Shown: piece after piece, positions 25,962-35,496 of the stretch | Numbering within the stretch: the first letter of the stretch is position 1 | How the letters are laid out: every line of letters begins with the position of its first letter | Origin: Gemmatimonadota bacterium | GTDB lineage: Bacteria > Gemmatimonadota > Gemmatimonadetes > Palauibacterales > Palauibacteraceae | Direction: 5' to 3' | Assembly (NCBI GenBank): GCA_027295155.1 | Contig: JAPULH010000001.1 | Location: 1-45,964 of the forward strand | DNA length: 45,964 nucleotides | The notes under the pieces: generated by a model | What the model was told of the DNA's origin: nothing | Databases searched by the model: none | Seen by the model: the letters and a program-made list of their open reading frames with translations, nothing else | Translations under genes and position numbers: made by a program

Positions 25962-27308
25962 TCATTCATCATCGGCGAACGGGCCCGACCAATCCGGTAG
26001 CCGATCGTCGTGCTTCCGCACCAGGTTCCGGGCCCTCCCCGTCACCGTATCGAGCACCCAGAGTCCGCGATAGCCTGCACGGTCGGAGGCGAACACGATG
26101 TGGCGTCCGTCCGGCGCCCAACTCGGATCCTCGTTACGGCCCTCCGCGGTGAGCAGACGCATCTCCGTGCCGTTCGCGTTTACGGCGACGATCTGGAACC
26201 TGCCCTGGACCCGAGCCTGATACACGATCCGCTCGTCCCTCGGGTTCCAGTCCGGTGAAGTCGCGTAGCTGTCGGCGCCCCGAACGAAGCGGCTGATGAG
26301 CTGCGGCCGCGTGCCGGCCTCGCCCTGCACGTAGATCTGGGGCGCCCCGGTCGCGCTCGCCGTGAACGCGAAGCGCCGGCCATCCCGTGCGATCGTGGGA
26401 CCGACCGCGTCTCCGGCCCGGGTGCTCGTGACGGCCCGTGGACGGCCTCCGGCGCGCTCCACCTCGAAGATCTCCGTCCCCCTACCCGTCGAGCGGGCGT
26501 ACATGATCCGGGTCCCGTCGGGCGAGTACGTGGGCGTCAGATACAGCTGCCTGCCGCTCGCGACCACACGGGAACCCCCACCCGCTAGCTCGGTCTCGTA
26601 GATCGCAGACTCATCGCCCGAATTGGACTGGTACTGGTAAAGCACGTGCGTCCCTGCCGGCGAGAAGGCAGGGGAGAAGACGAGGGCGTTCTGGAAGGTC
26701 ACCCGCCGGATGCCGGTACCATCGCTGTCGATAACATAGAGGTCCGACGTCCCATCGGGCGCCCGGCGCGAAAACGCGATCCGACTCGCCGCCATCCCCG
26801 GCTCACCGATGGCCCACTCGACGACCGCATCAGAGATGCGGTGCACGGCCATCCGGAAGCCGGGGGAGGCGACGGGAGGCAGGGTGAACGCCTGAACGTT
26901 CTTGAGCGACCCGTACACCACGTCGTGCAGTCCCACCCGCAGGAGGGCCCGCCCCCCGTTCACCGTGAGGGTTCCTTCCACCAGCCAGACGGCGCCCAGC
27001 TGGTTCCACAACCCGTAGTTTATGCCCGAGCCGACTACGAGGGAATCCGGAACGGGTAGCATCTCGAAGCGATCGGAGAAATCCAGATCGCGCGCCAAGA
27101 TCGAGTCGATGGCGGCCACCACCGCGGCGAAGGCACCGTCGGTCTGAACGTCCGTCAGGGCGAGGGCGGGAACGAAGCCGGGACGATACGTGATCCCCAG
27201 CCGAACCCCCTCCTGGGCGGCGGCCCTCGAGACGCCCCCCAGGACCGTAACGAGCACCACAAAGCAAGCGACGCCGGAGCGCCGGGCGAACGGCCGGCGA
27301 TGCCGCAC
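25962..27308 (-). CDS. tolB: Tol-Pal system beta-propeller protein TolB
   Basis: The 448-aa product has a signal peptide, a TolB N-domain and repeated PxxSPDG beta-propeller blades (SPAFSPAG, TPTYSPDGT, TSPDWNP, DPSWAPDG). Confidence 0.88.
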   Translation of the reverse strand: MRHRRPFARRSGVACFVVLVTVLGGVSRAAAQEGVRLGITYRPGFVPALALTDVQTDGAFAAVVAAIDSILARDLDFSDRFEMLPVPDSLVVGSGINYGLWNQLGAVWLVEGTLTVNGGRALLRVGLHDVVYGSLKNVQAFTLPPVASPGFRMAVHRISDAVVEWAIGEPGMAASRIAFSRRAPDGTSDLYVIDSDGTGIRRVTFQNALVFSPAFSPAGTHVLYQYQSNSGDESAIYETELAGGGSRVVASGRQLYLTPTYSPDGTRIMYARSTGRGTEIFEVERAGGRPRAVTSTRAGDAVGPTIARDGRRFAFTASATGAPQIYVQGEAGTRPQLISRFVRGADSYATSPDWNPRDERIVYQARVQGRFQIVAVNANGTEMRLLTAEGRNEDPSWAPDGRHIVFASDRAGYRGLWVLDTVTGRARNLVRKHDDRLPDWSGPFADDE

Positions 27309-27309
27309 C

Positions 27310-28002
27310 TCAGCTTCTCGGGTCGAAGTAGAAGGAAACGCGCAGGCGATCCCGAGCGTAGTCCTTGGGGAGCGGCCCGAAAGCCCGGCTACGGCCGGCA
27401 GCCTCCACGGCGCCCTGGGCCTCGAGATCGAAAGCCGTGTCGCCGGATCGCTGAGCCCATCCGATGTCGCTCACTAAGCCGTCCTCGTGAATGACGAAGA
27501 CGATCTCCGCTCGAAGGTGACGACCGCCCGTCGGCCGCCTCCAGTAGCGGTTGATCTGACGGACGATGTTCTCCAGGTACTCGGGGAACGCGAAGACCGC
27601 GCCGTCCAGCTGAACGTTCACCGTCTCCTCGCCACTCTCCTCCGCCGCCGCGGGAGGCCGGACGGGTAGCTCATCCGGCTCCTTCTTGACCACCGGCTCC
27701 GCAGGTCGCCCGCGCTGCGGCGTGAGCTCCGGCCGGCGTTCGCGCCGTTCTTCCGCCGCGGCCTTCGGCGGCGAGGGCCGCTCGAGCCGAGGGGCCAGCT
27801 CCGCGGCAGCGGAGACGAGCCTCACACGGTACGTCCGCGGCGGAACCGCCTCGAGGGAGGAAGCGGCCCGGAAGAGTACGACGACAGCGATCAGGTGGAT
27901 GATCACGGATCCAGCGACGGCCGAGCGTGGAAGCCGGCTCCTGAGCCCGGCGCCCGGCCGCCGTGCTGACGTGATGCTCGAGAGCATGGTCGAGCTATCC
28001 AC
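27310..28002 (-). CDS. TolA/TonB-like energy transducer
   Basis: It has a single TM segment (VIIHLIAVVVLF), a P/E/A-rich linker and a TonB-C-like domain, and sits between tolR and tolB. Confidence 0.7.
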   Translation of the reverse strand: MDSSTMLSSITSARRPGAGLRSRLPRSAVAGSVIIHLIAVVVLFRAASSLEAVPPRTYRVRLVSAAAELAPRLERPSPPKAAAEERRERRPELTPQRGRPAEPVVKKEPDELPVRPPAAAEESGEETVNVQLDGAVFAFPEYLENIVRQINRYWRRPTGGRHLRAEIVFVIHEDGLVSDIGWAQRSGDTAFDLEAQGAVEAAGRSRAFGPLPKDYARDRLRVSFYFDPRS

Positions 28003-28420
28003 CCCGCCCTTCCTCCTCGGGCTCTGCCACGAGGCTCACCGACTCGATCTCCGCCTCCTTCAGCTTGCCGATCACTTTCAACACCACACCGTACGCAACG
28101 TTCGCGTCTCCCTTCACATACACCGTCTCGGGATCGCGCCGCTTGATCACCTGGACGACGGAGGCGTCGAACTCCGCCATCGTCACGGGAGTGTCGTCCA
28201 GGTAGATCCGGCCGGTCCGGTCGATCGTGATCACGATCCCTTCGCTCGCACGTAGCGGCGCGGCCGGAGCGCGCGGAATCTCGATCTCCACTCCGCCCTG
28301 CAGGATCGGCGCGGTAATCATGAAGATGATGAGCAGAATAAAGGCGACATCCACCAGGCTGGTCACGTTGATCTCAGCCCGCACCGGGAGGCCGTTCGTC
28401 GCCTGTCTGCTGCGGTTCAC
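27995..28420 (-). CDS. tolR: biopolymer transport protein ExbD/TolR
   Basis: The 141-aa product reads AEINVTSLVDVAFILLIIFMITAP followed by a periplasmic domain. Confidence 0.88.
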   Translation of the reverse strand: MNRSRQATNGLPVRAEINVTSLVDVAFILLIIFMITAPILQGGVEIEIPRAPAAPLRASEGIVITIDRTGRIYLDDTPVTMAEFDASVVQVIKRRDPETVYVKGDANVAYGVVLKVIGKLKEAEIESVSLVAEPEEEGRGG

Positions 28421-29151
28421 AACCAGCCCTCCCGTGCGAGCGTTCCCACGAACTCGCTCGCGAAGCCTTCCAGCTCGCTCGTGAACAGGCCCAGTTTGGC
28501 CGCATAGTGGTTGTAGGCGATCACGGCGGGAATCGCTACTGCGAGCCCCACGACCGTCGTGATCAGGGCCTCGGCGATTCCCGGCGCCACGGCCGCGATG
28601 CTCGAGCTACCGCGGGCGGTAATCCCGATGAAGGCGTTCATCACACCGATCACGGTGCCCATCAGGCCGAGCAGCGGGCTCACTGAGCCGATGATCGCCA
28701 GCCACGTCAGGCCGTGTGAAAGGTCATCGCGCTCCTGCGCAAGCCCCTTTTCCAGCACCAGCCAGAGGGTGTCGAGCTGCGTGGACGAAAGTCCGTGCGA
28801 CGCGTCGGCAGGTTCCGTCAGCGCCCGCGGTCGAAGCTCCGTGAAGAAGTTGACGCCCTGTCGGAACACGCGCGTGTACGGGGACTCGTCCAGTCCGCGA
28901 AGAGCTCCGTAGACATCCGCCAACCCGGCCGAGCTCTCCATCTCCCGCACGAACGAGTCTCCCTCTTCCCGTACTCGCCGGAATTCCGTCCACTTCCAGA
29001 TGATGAGGACCCAGGAGAGGAGCGAAAAAACGAGGAGCACCAGGAGGACGATCTTCGTGGCCGGCGTGGCGCTGATGACCATGTCCCATGGAGATTCGGG
29101 AAATCGGGCTTCCTGAAGGAGGGCCGCGAGTACCATCACGACGGCGCTCAC
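28417..29151 (-). CDS. tolQ: MotA/TolQ/ExbB proton-channel protein
   Basis: It has three TM segments, with LAIIGSVSPLLGLMGTVIGVMNAF and AEALITTVVGLAVAIPAVIAYN. Confidence 0.9.
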   Translation of the reverse strand: MSAVVMVLAALLQEARFPESPWDMVISATPATKIVLLVLLVFSLLSWVLIIWKWTEFRRVREEGDSFVREMESSAGLADVYGALRGLDESPYTRVFRQGVNFFTELRPRALTEPADASHGLSSTQLDTLWLVLEKGLAQERDDLSHGLTWLAIIGSVSPLLGLMGTVIGVMNAFIGITARGSSSIAAVAPGIAEALITTVVGLAVAIPAVIAYNHYAAKLGLFTSELEGFASEFVGTLAREGWL

Positions 29152-30131
29152 GCGCCACCTTCGGATTCAGCACCTTCGGAATCGGCTCCCTCGGATTCGG
29201 CGACCCACCCATAGGTCTCAGCGAGTCCCTCCTCCAGGCTGAAAGCCGGAGACCAACCCGCAGCGCGAAGCTTGCGAACGTCGAGAGCACTCCTCAGGAG
29301 CTCTCCAGGCCGGGCCGGCTCCCTCTTCACGTCCAACTCCCGACCCGAAACCTCGGCGGTTCGGCGCGCCAACTCGTTCACGCTCGTCTCCCTTCCCGTG
29401 CCAACGTTAAAGGCGAAGTCGTCCAAGGAGCCCGAACCAGGCAGCTCCAGCGTTGCCGCCAGAAGGTTCGCTTGTGCCACGTCTTTCACGTACACGTAGT
29501 CGCGGGTCTGTTCCCCGTCACCGTAGACGATCAACTGCTGCCCGCGCAGAGCTCGGCGGGCGAAGATCGCCACCACACCCGCTTCGCCGTGAGGATCCTG
29601 TCGGGGCCCAAACACGTTGGCGTAACGCAGGGCCACGGAAGTCATCCCGTGCACGACCCGGTAGTAGTAGAGGTAGTGCTCGCCTGCCAGCTTGCTCACG
29701 CCGTACGGAGAGAGGGGCCCCTTCTCTCGCGTCTCCTCGACCGGCAGGTCGTCCGCCTCTCCGTAGACGACCCCTCCGGAAGAGATGTACACGACGCGAG
29801 CGACGCCTGCCTGTCTGGACGCCTCCAGAACGTTCAAGAAGCCGTCCACGTTGATCGAGGCGTCCTCCCGCGGACGCGCCACCGATACCCTCACGTCGAC
29901 CTGCGCCGCGTGATGGTTGACCACGTCGAACTGTCCTTCCAGCAGCAGATCACACAGCTCAGGTGACCGGATGTCCAGATGCGCGAACGCCGCCCCGGGC
30001 GGCACATTCTCCCGCTTCCCTGCGCTCAGGTCGTCGAGCGCCGTGACCTCCCACCCATCAGCGAGATAGGCATCACACACGTGAGATCCGATGAAGCCGG
30101 CACCACCCGTCACCAAGGCTCTTCCTCTCAT
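29148..30131 (-). CDS. NAD-dependent epimerase/dehydratase (UDP-hexose 4-epimerase-like SDR)
   Basis: It starts ALVTGGAGFIGSHV, has the YxxxK catalytic motif (PYGVSKLAGE), and ends in an acidic repeat tail (SEGADSEGAESEGGA). Confidence 0.88.
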   Translation of the reverse strand: MRGRALVTGGAGFIGSHVCDAYLADGWEVTALDDLSAGKRENVPPGAAFAHLDIRSPELCDLLLEGQFDVVNHHAAQVDVRVSVARPREDASINVDGFLNVLEASRQAGVARVVYISSGGVVYGEADDLPVEETREKGPLSPYGVSKLAGEHYLYYYRVVHGMTSVALRYANVFGPRQDPHGEAGVVAIFARRALRGQQLIVYGDGEQTRDYVYVKDVAQANLLAATLELPGSGSLDDFAFNVGTGRETSVNELARRTAEVSGRELDVKREPARPGELLRSALDVRKLRAAGWSPAFSLEEGLAETYGWVAESEGADSEGAESEGGA

Positions 30132-31513
30132 CGATTGCCCGCCTCTCTCTCCTCTCTGGTCTCGGCCGCAACGCCATGGCCGTCCTCGGGCGCAGGCACT
30201 CCACCGGGTGCGACCGCCTCATCGGGGGGGACCGCATCATCGGGGGGGACCGGAGCAAGGCCGAGTGCATTCCTCAGGCCCTCGAGGAAACTGAGTCCGC
30301 CCGGATCGAGTGCCGCTCGGCGCACCGCCACGGTGGACGGGTGAAGCAGCTTGTTCAGCATGCGCCGCATGGAAGCCTCTATGCGCCGGCGGTCACCGTC
30401 GCCGAGCCCGTCGAGGCCTGCGAGCAGCCGCTCCACCTCTTCGCGTCGAATGGCCTCCGCGTGCGCCCGCAGACCCCGGATCACCGGCGCCGCCTCGCGC
30501 GCCCTGTACCAGCGCCAGAACCTCCGGGCGTGGTCGGCGATCAGCTCCTCTGCAGAGCTCACCTCGGCCGCGCGGGCCTCGTGTGTGGCCCCCACCACCT
30601 TCTGCAGATCATCGATGTTGTAGAGGAAGACCGACGGCAGCTCGCCCACGGCCGACTCGACGTCTCTCGGCAGAGCGATGTCGAGAACCACGAGCGGCGA
30701 GGCGGTGGCACCGCGGGCCCCCGCCAGCTCTCTCTTGGTGATCACGGGGCTCGTAGCCGCCGTCGACGTGACCAGGACATCCGCACTCGACAGCGAGCGC
30801 CAGAACTCATCCATCGACACGGCCCGCCCCCCTACTCTCGCTACGGTTTCCGCGGCCCGCTCGGGAGTCCGGTTCGCCACGAGGACGTCGGAAGCGCCCT
30901 CCACCAGGAGGCATCGCAGGGTCGTCTCACCCATGTCGCCGGCGCCCAGCACGACGGCGGTCCTACCCTCGAGAGAGCCGAAGACCTTGATGGCGAGCCG
31001 CACCGCCGCAGACGGAATCGACGCGGCGCCGCAGCCGAGCTTGGTTTCCGAACGCACGGCCCCCCCGACGGCCAGCCCCGACTGGAAGAGCCGGTGCAGC
31101 ACGGGGCCCACGCCCTCGGGCATCTGCAGGCCGGCCTCATACGCATCGCCGATCTGCCCGAGGATCTCGGCCTCCCCGAGGACGAGCGAATCCAGACTGG
31201 CGGCCACGCGAAAGAGGTGCACCACCGTCTCGTAGCCGTGGTGCCGGTAGATGAAGGACTCCGCGTCGGAGGTCGTCAGGCCGGCGCGCGCCGCCAGCGT
31301 CTCGAGCGCCGCTCGCTCGCCGGACAACACGTCCGAGACGTGAAGATAGAGTTCGGTGCGGTTGCACGTGGAGAGGATGACGCACTCCTCGATCCCGTCC
31401 CAGCCCACGAGACGTGAGACCACCTCCGCCGCGCTCTCCGCGTCCACGTGCACGCGCTCGCGCAGCTCGATCGGTGCGGTCGTGTGATTCGCGCCGACCA
31501 CCGTGATCGTCAT
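30128..31513 (-). CDS. hemA: glutamyl-tRNA reductase
   Basis: It reads MTITVVGANHTTAPIELRERV, then ILSTCNRTELY, then the NAD site VVLGAGDMGE. The start was placed at ATG 31513 (the ORF could begin at 31543). It ends in a P/D-rich repeat tail. Confidence 0.92.
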   Translation of the reverse strand: MTITVVGANHTTAPIELRERVHVDAESAAEVVSRLVGWDGIEECVILSTCNRTELYLHVSDVLSGERAALETLAARAGLTTSDAESFIYRHHGYETVVHLFRVAASLDSLVLGEAEILGQIGDAYEAGLQMPEGVGPVLHRLFQSGLAVGGAVRSETKLGCGAASIPSAAVRLAIKVFGSLEGRTAVVLGAGDMGETTLRCLLVEGASDVLVANRTPERAAETVARVGGRAVSMDEFWRSLSSADVLVTSTAATSPVITKRELAGARGATASPLVVLDIALPRDVESAVGELPSVFLYNIDDLQKVVGATHEARAAEVSSAEELIADHARRFWRWYRAREAAPVIRGLRAHAEAIRREEVERLLAGLDGLGDGDRRRIEASMRRMLNKLLHPSTVAVRRAALDPGGLSFLEGLRNALGLAPVPPDDAVPPDEAVAPGGVPAPEDGHGVAAETREEREAGNR

Positions 31514-31560
31514 CGCGGCCCCGTCCGCCTCGCGCTCCCCCATCGCTGCGTCCGCCGCTG

Positions 31561-32418
31561 CTACAGAAAGAAGTCCGGTTCGCCCGCCAGGAGACGAAGG
31601 GCGAGGAACGCGGTGACGGTCACGACGAAGGCGGCGGCACTGATCGCGGCCGCTCGCTCACCGTGCGGCCCCGGCCTCAGCCGAGCGATGATGGCGATCA
31701 AGTACACCCCCCACGTCACCATGCCCAGGATCGTCTGCGGATCCTCCAGGGCGAGGCCCCGCCCGAACGTCAGCGTCCAGCTCCATCCGGCCAACAGGCC
31801 CACGGTCAGAGCAGGAAAACCGACAGCCAGCCCTACCTTGTTGAGCCGATCCAGAGAATCCAGCGGTGGAAAGAAACGGAAGACGGATCCGAACTCCTTT
31901 CGCTTCAGCGCGCGGAACTGGAGCACATACATGATCGCGGCCGCCGACGCCGCAGCCAGTCCGGCGTATCCCAGGAAGGCCGCCGTCACGTGAAGGACGA
32001 ACCAAGGACCGCGGAAGGCGAGCTGTCCGGCCGTCGGCCCGACGCCCACCAGCACCGCCTGGCCGACCAAGAGCAGAACGGGAGGAAGCAGGAAGAGGCC
32101 GGCCGGGCGCAAATCCGCGTGGATGGATGCCGCCAGGACAAAGAGGACCATGACCAGGGCGAGCGAGCTGGAAGCCGGACCCAGCCCAATGAGCGGAAGG
32201 CTCCGGTAGGTCAGCGTGAAGAGCGCCAACGCTGCGCCGTGAGCAACGAACCCTCCCGCCGTGATCCGCACCCCTCCATGTCCGGATTCCCTGCCCTGCC
32301 GAAACTCCCTCAGCTGCAGCACCCATGCGGCCGCGTACAGCCCGAGAGCGAGCAGATGAAGAGCGAGGATCATCGCGGCGGCGTCCGGTCCGTCCAGGGC
32401 GAGTCCGCCAGCGCTCAA
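31561..32418 (-). CDS. cytochrome c assembly (CcsA/HemX-like) membrane protein
   Basis: This is a polytopic membrane protein immediately upstream of hemA, an arrangement known from hemX/ccsA-like genes. Its W-rich segment is LLAGWSWTLTFG...GMVTWGVY. The start is uncertain (TTG 32418 or ATG 32373). Confidence 0.7.
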   Translation of the reverse strand: MSAGGLALDGPDAAAMILALHLLALGLYAAAWVLQLREFRQGRESGHGGVRITAGGFVAHGAALALFTLTYRSLPLIGLGPASSSLALVMVLFVLAASIHADLRPAGLFLLPPVLLLVGQAVLVGVGPTAGQLAFRGPWFVLHVTAAFLGYAGLAAASAAAIMYVLQFRALKRKEFGSVFRFFPPLDSLDRLNKVGLAVGFPALTVGLLAGWSWTLTFGRGLALEDPQTILGMVTWGVYLIAIIARLRPGPHGERAAAISAAAFVVTVTAFLALRLLAGEPDFFL

Positions 32419-33566
32419 GGACCGCTCGGGACGGCCTGTGCGACGAGCCGAACCGGCGAGCCGGCGGCCGTGCCGACGTCCCGTAACTTCACCAACACCG
32501 CGGTGGCCGTCTGCTCCCGCACCCGAACGACACGCAGCAGCGCCAGCGCATCGGTGAGCGAGGCCGATCCCGGATCCAGGACGTCCGTCGAGAAGGCGGC
32601 GAACTCGTCCCCCAGCTCGACCCCGTGCGCCGCGCCGACATCCAGAAACGCCGCATCACTCAGACCGAGCAGCGGATGCTTGGTGGCGAACCCAAGGACG
32701 CGTCCGGTGATCCCGCTCTCCTCCATCTGCAAGGCGACCGGCGGACTGGCCGGGTAGGCCGACGGGAGGATCACCGGATCGCCGACTTCGTACGCCCCGA
32801 ACACCTGCCTCACCCGTGCGCGGGCGGAATCGGTTCCGGCCTCGAGCACGGTCAGCATGGCCACCGGCTCGGCGATGTTGCCGTGCGGCCGCACGCGCCG
32901 TTTCCACTTGAAGGCGAGCAGCTCCTGGCCCGCCTGCACACGTAGACCTCTCAGCAGCAGCACGACCTGGCGGTTCAGGGGAATCGTGGCGGGGAGGCGA
33001 AGGTTGAGGGGGTTCTGCCCGACCATGCGCACTGTCGTCGCTATCGGATCGAGCTTGGCGGCCGTGGCGATGAAAGGAGCCCCATAGAAGTCGCTGCTCG
33101 ACACGAGCGGCTCTTGGCCGCTGAACTCGACCTCGAACCTGCCAAGCGTCACGCCGCGCTCCGGAGACCGGTCGAAAACGCTCGGCCCGGCAAAGGGGTT
33201 CTCCTGGAACGACGGAGCCGGGCGTGGATCCTCCTGGGGCCACGGATCCGGGCGTTCCGCACCCGCTGCCACGGCGGCCGACGGCAGCGTGAGCACCTGG
33301 CCGGGAAAGATGAGGTCGGGATCCCGCACCGTGCTGCGGTTAAGCGCGTAGATATCCTGCCAACGGCGACCGCTGGCCAGATACTGCTCGGCGAGGCCCC
33401 ATAGCGTGTCCCCGCGCTGGACCTCGTACGCTTCGGCACCCGCATCCTGCCCCTGGGCGAAGCCCCCCGCTGGCCAGACGAGGAGCAGGGCAAGCAGAAG
33501 ACCCACCCTTCTGACGGGACCGCGACGTACCGACGTTGCGAGAGTGACGCGTTCCGCTCCTGACAT
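32415..33566 (-). CDS. LysM-domain secreted protein
   Basis: The start was placed at ATG 33566 (aa 133 of the ORF). A signal peptide (VGLLLALLLVWPAGGFAQ) is followed by a LysM motif (YEVQRGDTLWGLAEQYL...WQDIYALNRSTVRDPDLIFPGQVLTLP). Confidence 0.7.
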   Translation of the reverse strand: MSGAERVTLATSVRRGPVRRVGLLLALLLVWPAGGFAQGQDAGAEAYEVQRGDTLWGLAEQYLASGRRWQDIYALNRSTVRDPDLIFPGQVLTLPSAAVAAGAERPDPWPQEDPRPAPSFQENPFAGPSVFDRSPERGVTLGRFEVEFSGQEPLVSSSDFYGAPFIATAAKLDPIATTVRMVGQNPLNLRLPATIPLNRQVVLLLRGLRVQAGQELLAFKWKRRVRPHGNIAEPVAMLTVLEAGTDSARARVRQVFGAYEVGDPVILPSAYPASPPVALQMEESGITGRVLGFATKHPLLGLSDAAFLDVGAAHGVELGDEFAAFSTDVLDPGSASLTDALALLRVVRVREQTATAVLVKLRDVGTAAGSPVRLVAQAVPSGP

Positions 33567-33943
33567 CCGGTCATCCCTCCGGTTGTGGCAGGCAGACGAT
33601 AGTCCAGCCTCGAGCTTCCACCGGTCGTGTCCTAGAGCGCGGCGGCGACGTGGCGGAGAAAAGCCCTCGACAACATAACGCGAATCGTTGGTGCCTGCAT
33701 GGCTAAGCGGCTCGTCCGGGAAGGGGTCTGCAGGCCGGAATCGGGCCCGCAACCCGCAGCGGCAGCGGAATTTGTGCCATTGGTGTGAAAAAGTTGCCGG
33801 GCCCATTCCACCAGGCCACGATGAGGCCGACAGGCCAGCCGCTGCCAGGCCCGACACCGTCACCCCTCCCACCGGTTTCCTGCCCGCCACTCGTCGAGTA
33901 CGGCTCTTGCCGGAATGTCTCGCAGCGTTGCGGGAGGAACCGA

Positions 33944-34450
33944 ATGAGCATCCGCGCTGCATCGTTGCTGGTGGCGCTCTGCGTTGCCGTTTCCGCGCCG
34001 TTCGAGTTGGCGCGACATCAGGAGGATCCCCGGGCGCTGGCGGACGCTTTCGTCGGCGCTGCCAACGACGGCGACCGCGCCGCGCTGCAGGCCCTCGTGC
34101 ATCCGGATGTGGTCGCCTACCTGATGGAACAGGTGCCCGAAAGGTGGGAGGAAGTGCTGTCGCGGTGGGCTGAAACCCGTTTCGATGACGACTATCACGT
34201 GACCGTGAGGCCGGCGTCCGACGTCGGAGCCTACGACCAGGGGACCCAAACCCTCGTCTTCGGCGGCAAGCTACGATTCCGCTTCCCGGTTCTGCCTCCC
34301 AGCCACTTCCTCATCATCCAGAAGGCAGGCGAGATTGAAAGCCGTGACGGCCGGCTCGGGCTCGGCGGGCCCGCCGCCATCGAAGCGGTGCGCCAGGACG
34401 GCGGGCGCTGGTACATCACCATCCCGGTCGTCGAGATCCTCCCCGATTGA
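33944..34450 (+). CDS. hypothetical secreted protein
   Basis: ATG 33944 is preceded by GGGAGGAA at a 5-nt spacing. It has a signal peptide (MSIRAASLLVALCVAVSAP) and an ordinary amino-acid composition. No family was recognised. Confidence 0.55.
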   Translation: MSIRAASLLVALCVAVSAPFELARHQEDPRALADAFVGAANDGDRAALQALVHPDVVAYLMEQVPERWEEVLSRWAETRFDDDYHVTVRPASDVGAYDQGTQTLVFGGKLRFRFPVLPPSHFLIIQKAGEIESRDGRLGLGGPAAIEAVRQDGGRWYITIPVVEILPD

Positions 34451-34452
34451 CT

Positions 34453-34899
34453 CTAGAAGGGCAGATCATCCTCGCCCGCCAGGGCATCGTTCGAGAACTC
34501 CGAGTACTCTCCCTCGGCCGGTCGGCCCACCGATAACGGCGCCCCCTGCTCGGCTCCTACATCCCCCCGACCCCCCAACATGATCATCTCGCGCGCCCGG
34601 ATCTCCGTCGTGTACCGCGTCTGGCCATCCTTCCCCTCCCACTGGCGGTACTCGATCCGGCCCTCGACGTAGACCCGGTCGCCCTTCTTCAGATAGCGTT
34701 CACAGATCTCGGCAAGCCGGTCCCAGGCCACGACTCGGTGCCACTCCGTCCGCTCCTGCTGGTCTCCCGTTTTCCCCGTCCAGCTGCGGCTCGTAGCGAC
34801 GGATAGCGTGGCGACACGAGTTCCGCCCGGCGTAGTGCGCACCTCGGGATCGGCCCCGAGGTTCCCGATAATCATGGTTTTGTTGAGACTCCGTGCCAT
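34453..34899 (-). CDS. ssb: single-stranded DNA-binding protein
   Basis: It has an OB fold (NKTMIIGNLGADPEVRTTPGG...TEWHRVVAW) and the acidic C-terminal tip DDLPF, with a strong SD (GGGAGGAG) upstream. Confidence 0.95.
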   Translation of the reverse strand: MARSLNKTMIIGNLGADPEVRTTPGGTRVATLSVATSRSWTGKTGDQQERTEWHRVVAWDRLAEICERYLKKGDRVYVEGRIEYRQWEGKDGQTRYTTEIRAREMIMLGGRGDVGAEQGAPLSVGRPAEGEYSEFSNDALAGEDDLPF

Positions 34900-34956
34900 C
34901 AGTCTCCTCCCTTAGAAGGTCGCGCGGCGCAAGCTTACGGTCGAGCAGCGAGAGTG

Positions 34957-35496
34957 TCAACGAAGGGACCGACGGTCGGACGAAACGTCGCTGGAGTCGA
35001 GTCGGATCCGCATTACCAGGGCATCCTCACGAGGCGACACATAGTAGTCGGAGCGCACGCCCACGATACGGAAACCCGCCCCGGCGTAGAGTTGCCGTGC
35101 AGCCTCGTTGCTCTCCCGCACCTCGAGGACCACCGTTCGTGCACCTTCGGCGGCGGCTTCCCTGAGAGCCTCGTCGAGAAGCGCGCGGCCTGTGCCCTGC
35201 CCGCGGAAAGCAGGCCGCACTGCTAGGTTCCCCAGTTCGGCCACGTCGGACGCGATCCACAAAACGGCGTAGCCGGCTATCCGTTCCCCCACTTCCGCAA
35301 CCAGGAGGACGGCGTTTCGCCTGCGAAGGAGCGATCGGAAGGTGAAGGCCGACCAGGGCGCCGAAAAGGAGCCGCGCTCGATCTCCATTACCTCCGGTAC
35401 GTCCCGGCGTCGCATCGGACGAAGCACCAGCGCCGCCTTCCGCTGCGGGATGCGGGAGTCGACCCGCCCGATCCAGCCCGGAACGCGCTGTCTCAC
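34957..35496 (-). CDS. rimI: ribosomal-protein-alanine N-acetyltransferase (GNAT)
   Basis: The GNAT motif LAVRPAFRGQGTGRALL is present, and the gene is adjacent to tsaB/tsaE. The GTG start forms a GTGA overlap with the tsaB stop; an internal GTG is possible. Confidence 0.82.
   Translation of the reverse strand: MRQRVPGWIGRVDSRIPQRKAALVLRPMRRRDVPEVMEIERGSFSAPWSAFTFRSLLRRRNAVLLVAEVGERIAGYAVLWIASDVAELGNLAVRPAFRGQGTGRALLDEALREAAAEGARTVVLEVRESNEAARQLYAGAGFRIVGVRSDYYVSPREDALVMRIRLDSSDVSSDRRSLR

Noticed and set aside
33567-33800. A possible c-di-AMP (ydaO-type) riboswitch or other leader upstream of the LysM gene
   Set aside because: I read the minus-strand leader for the conserved GGGGA / GGGGUGAAUC / ACCUCGUAAGCG-type blocks. 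Only a weak CCGCUUAGCC resemblance is present, which is not supportable without a covariance-model scan.
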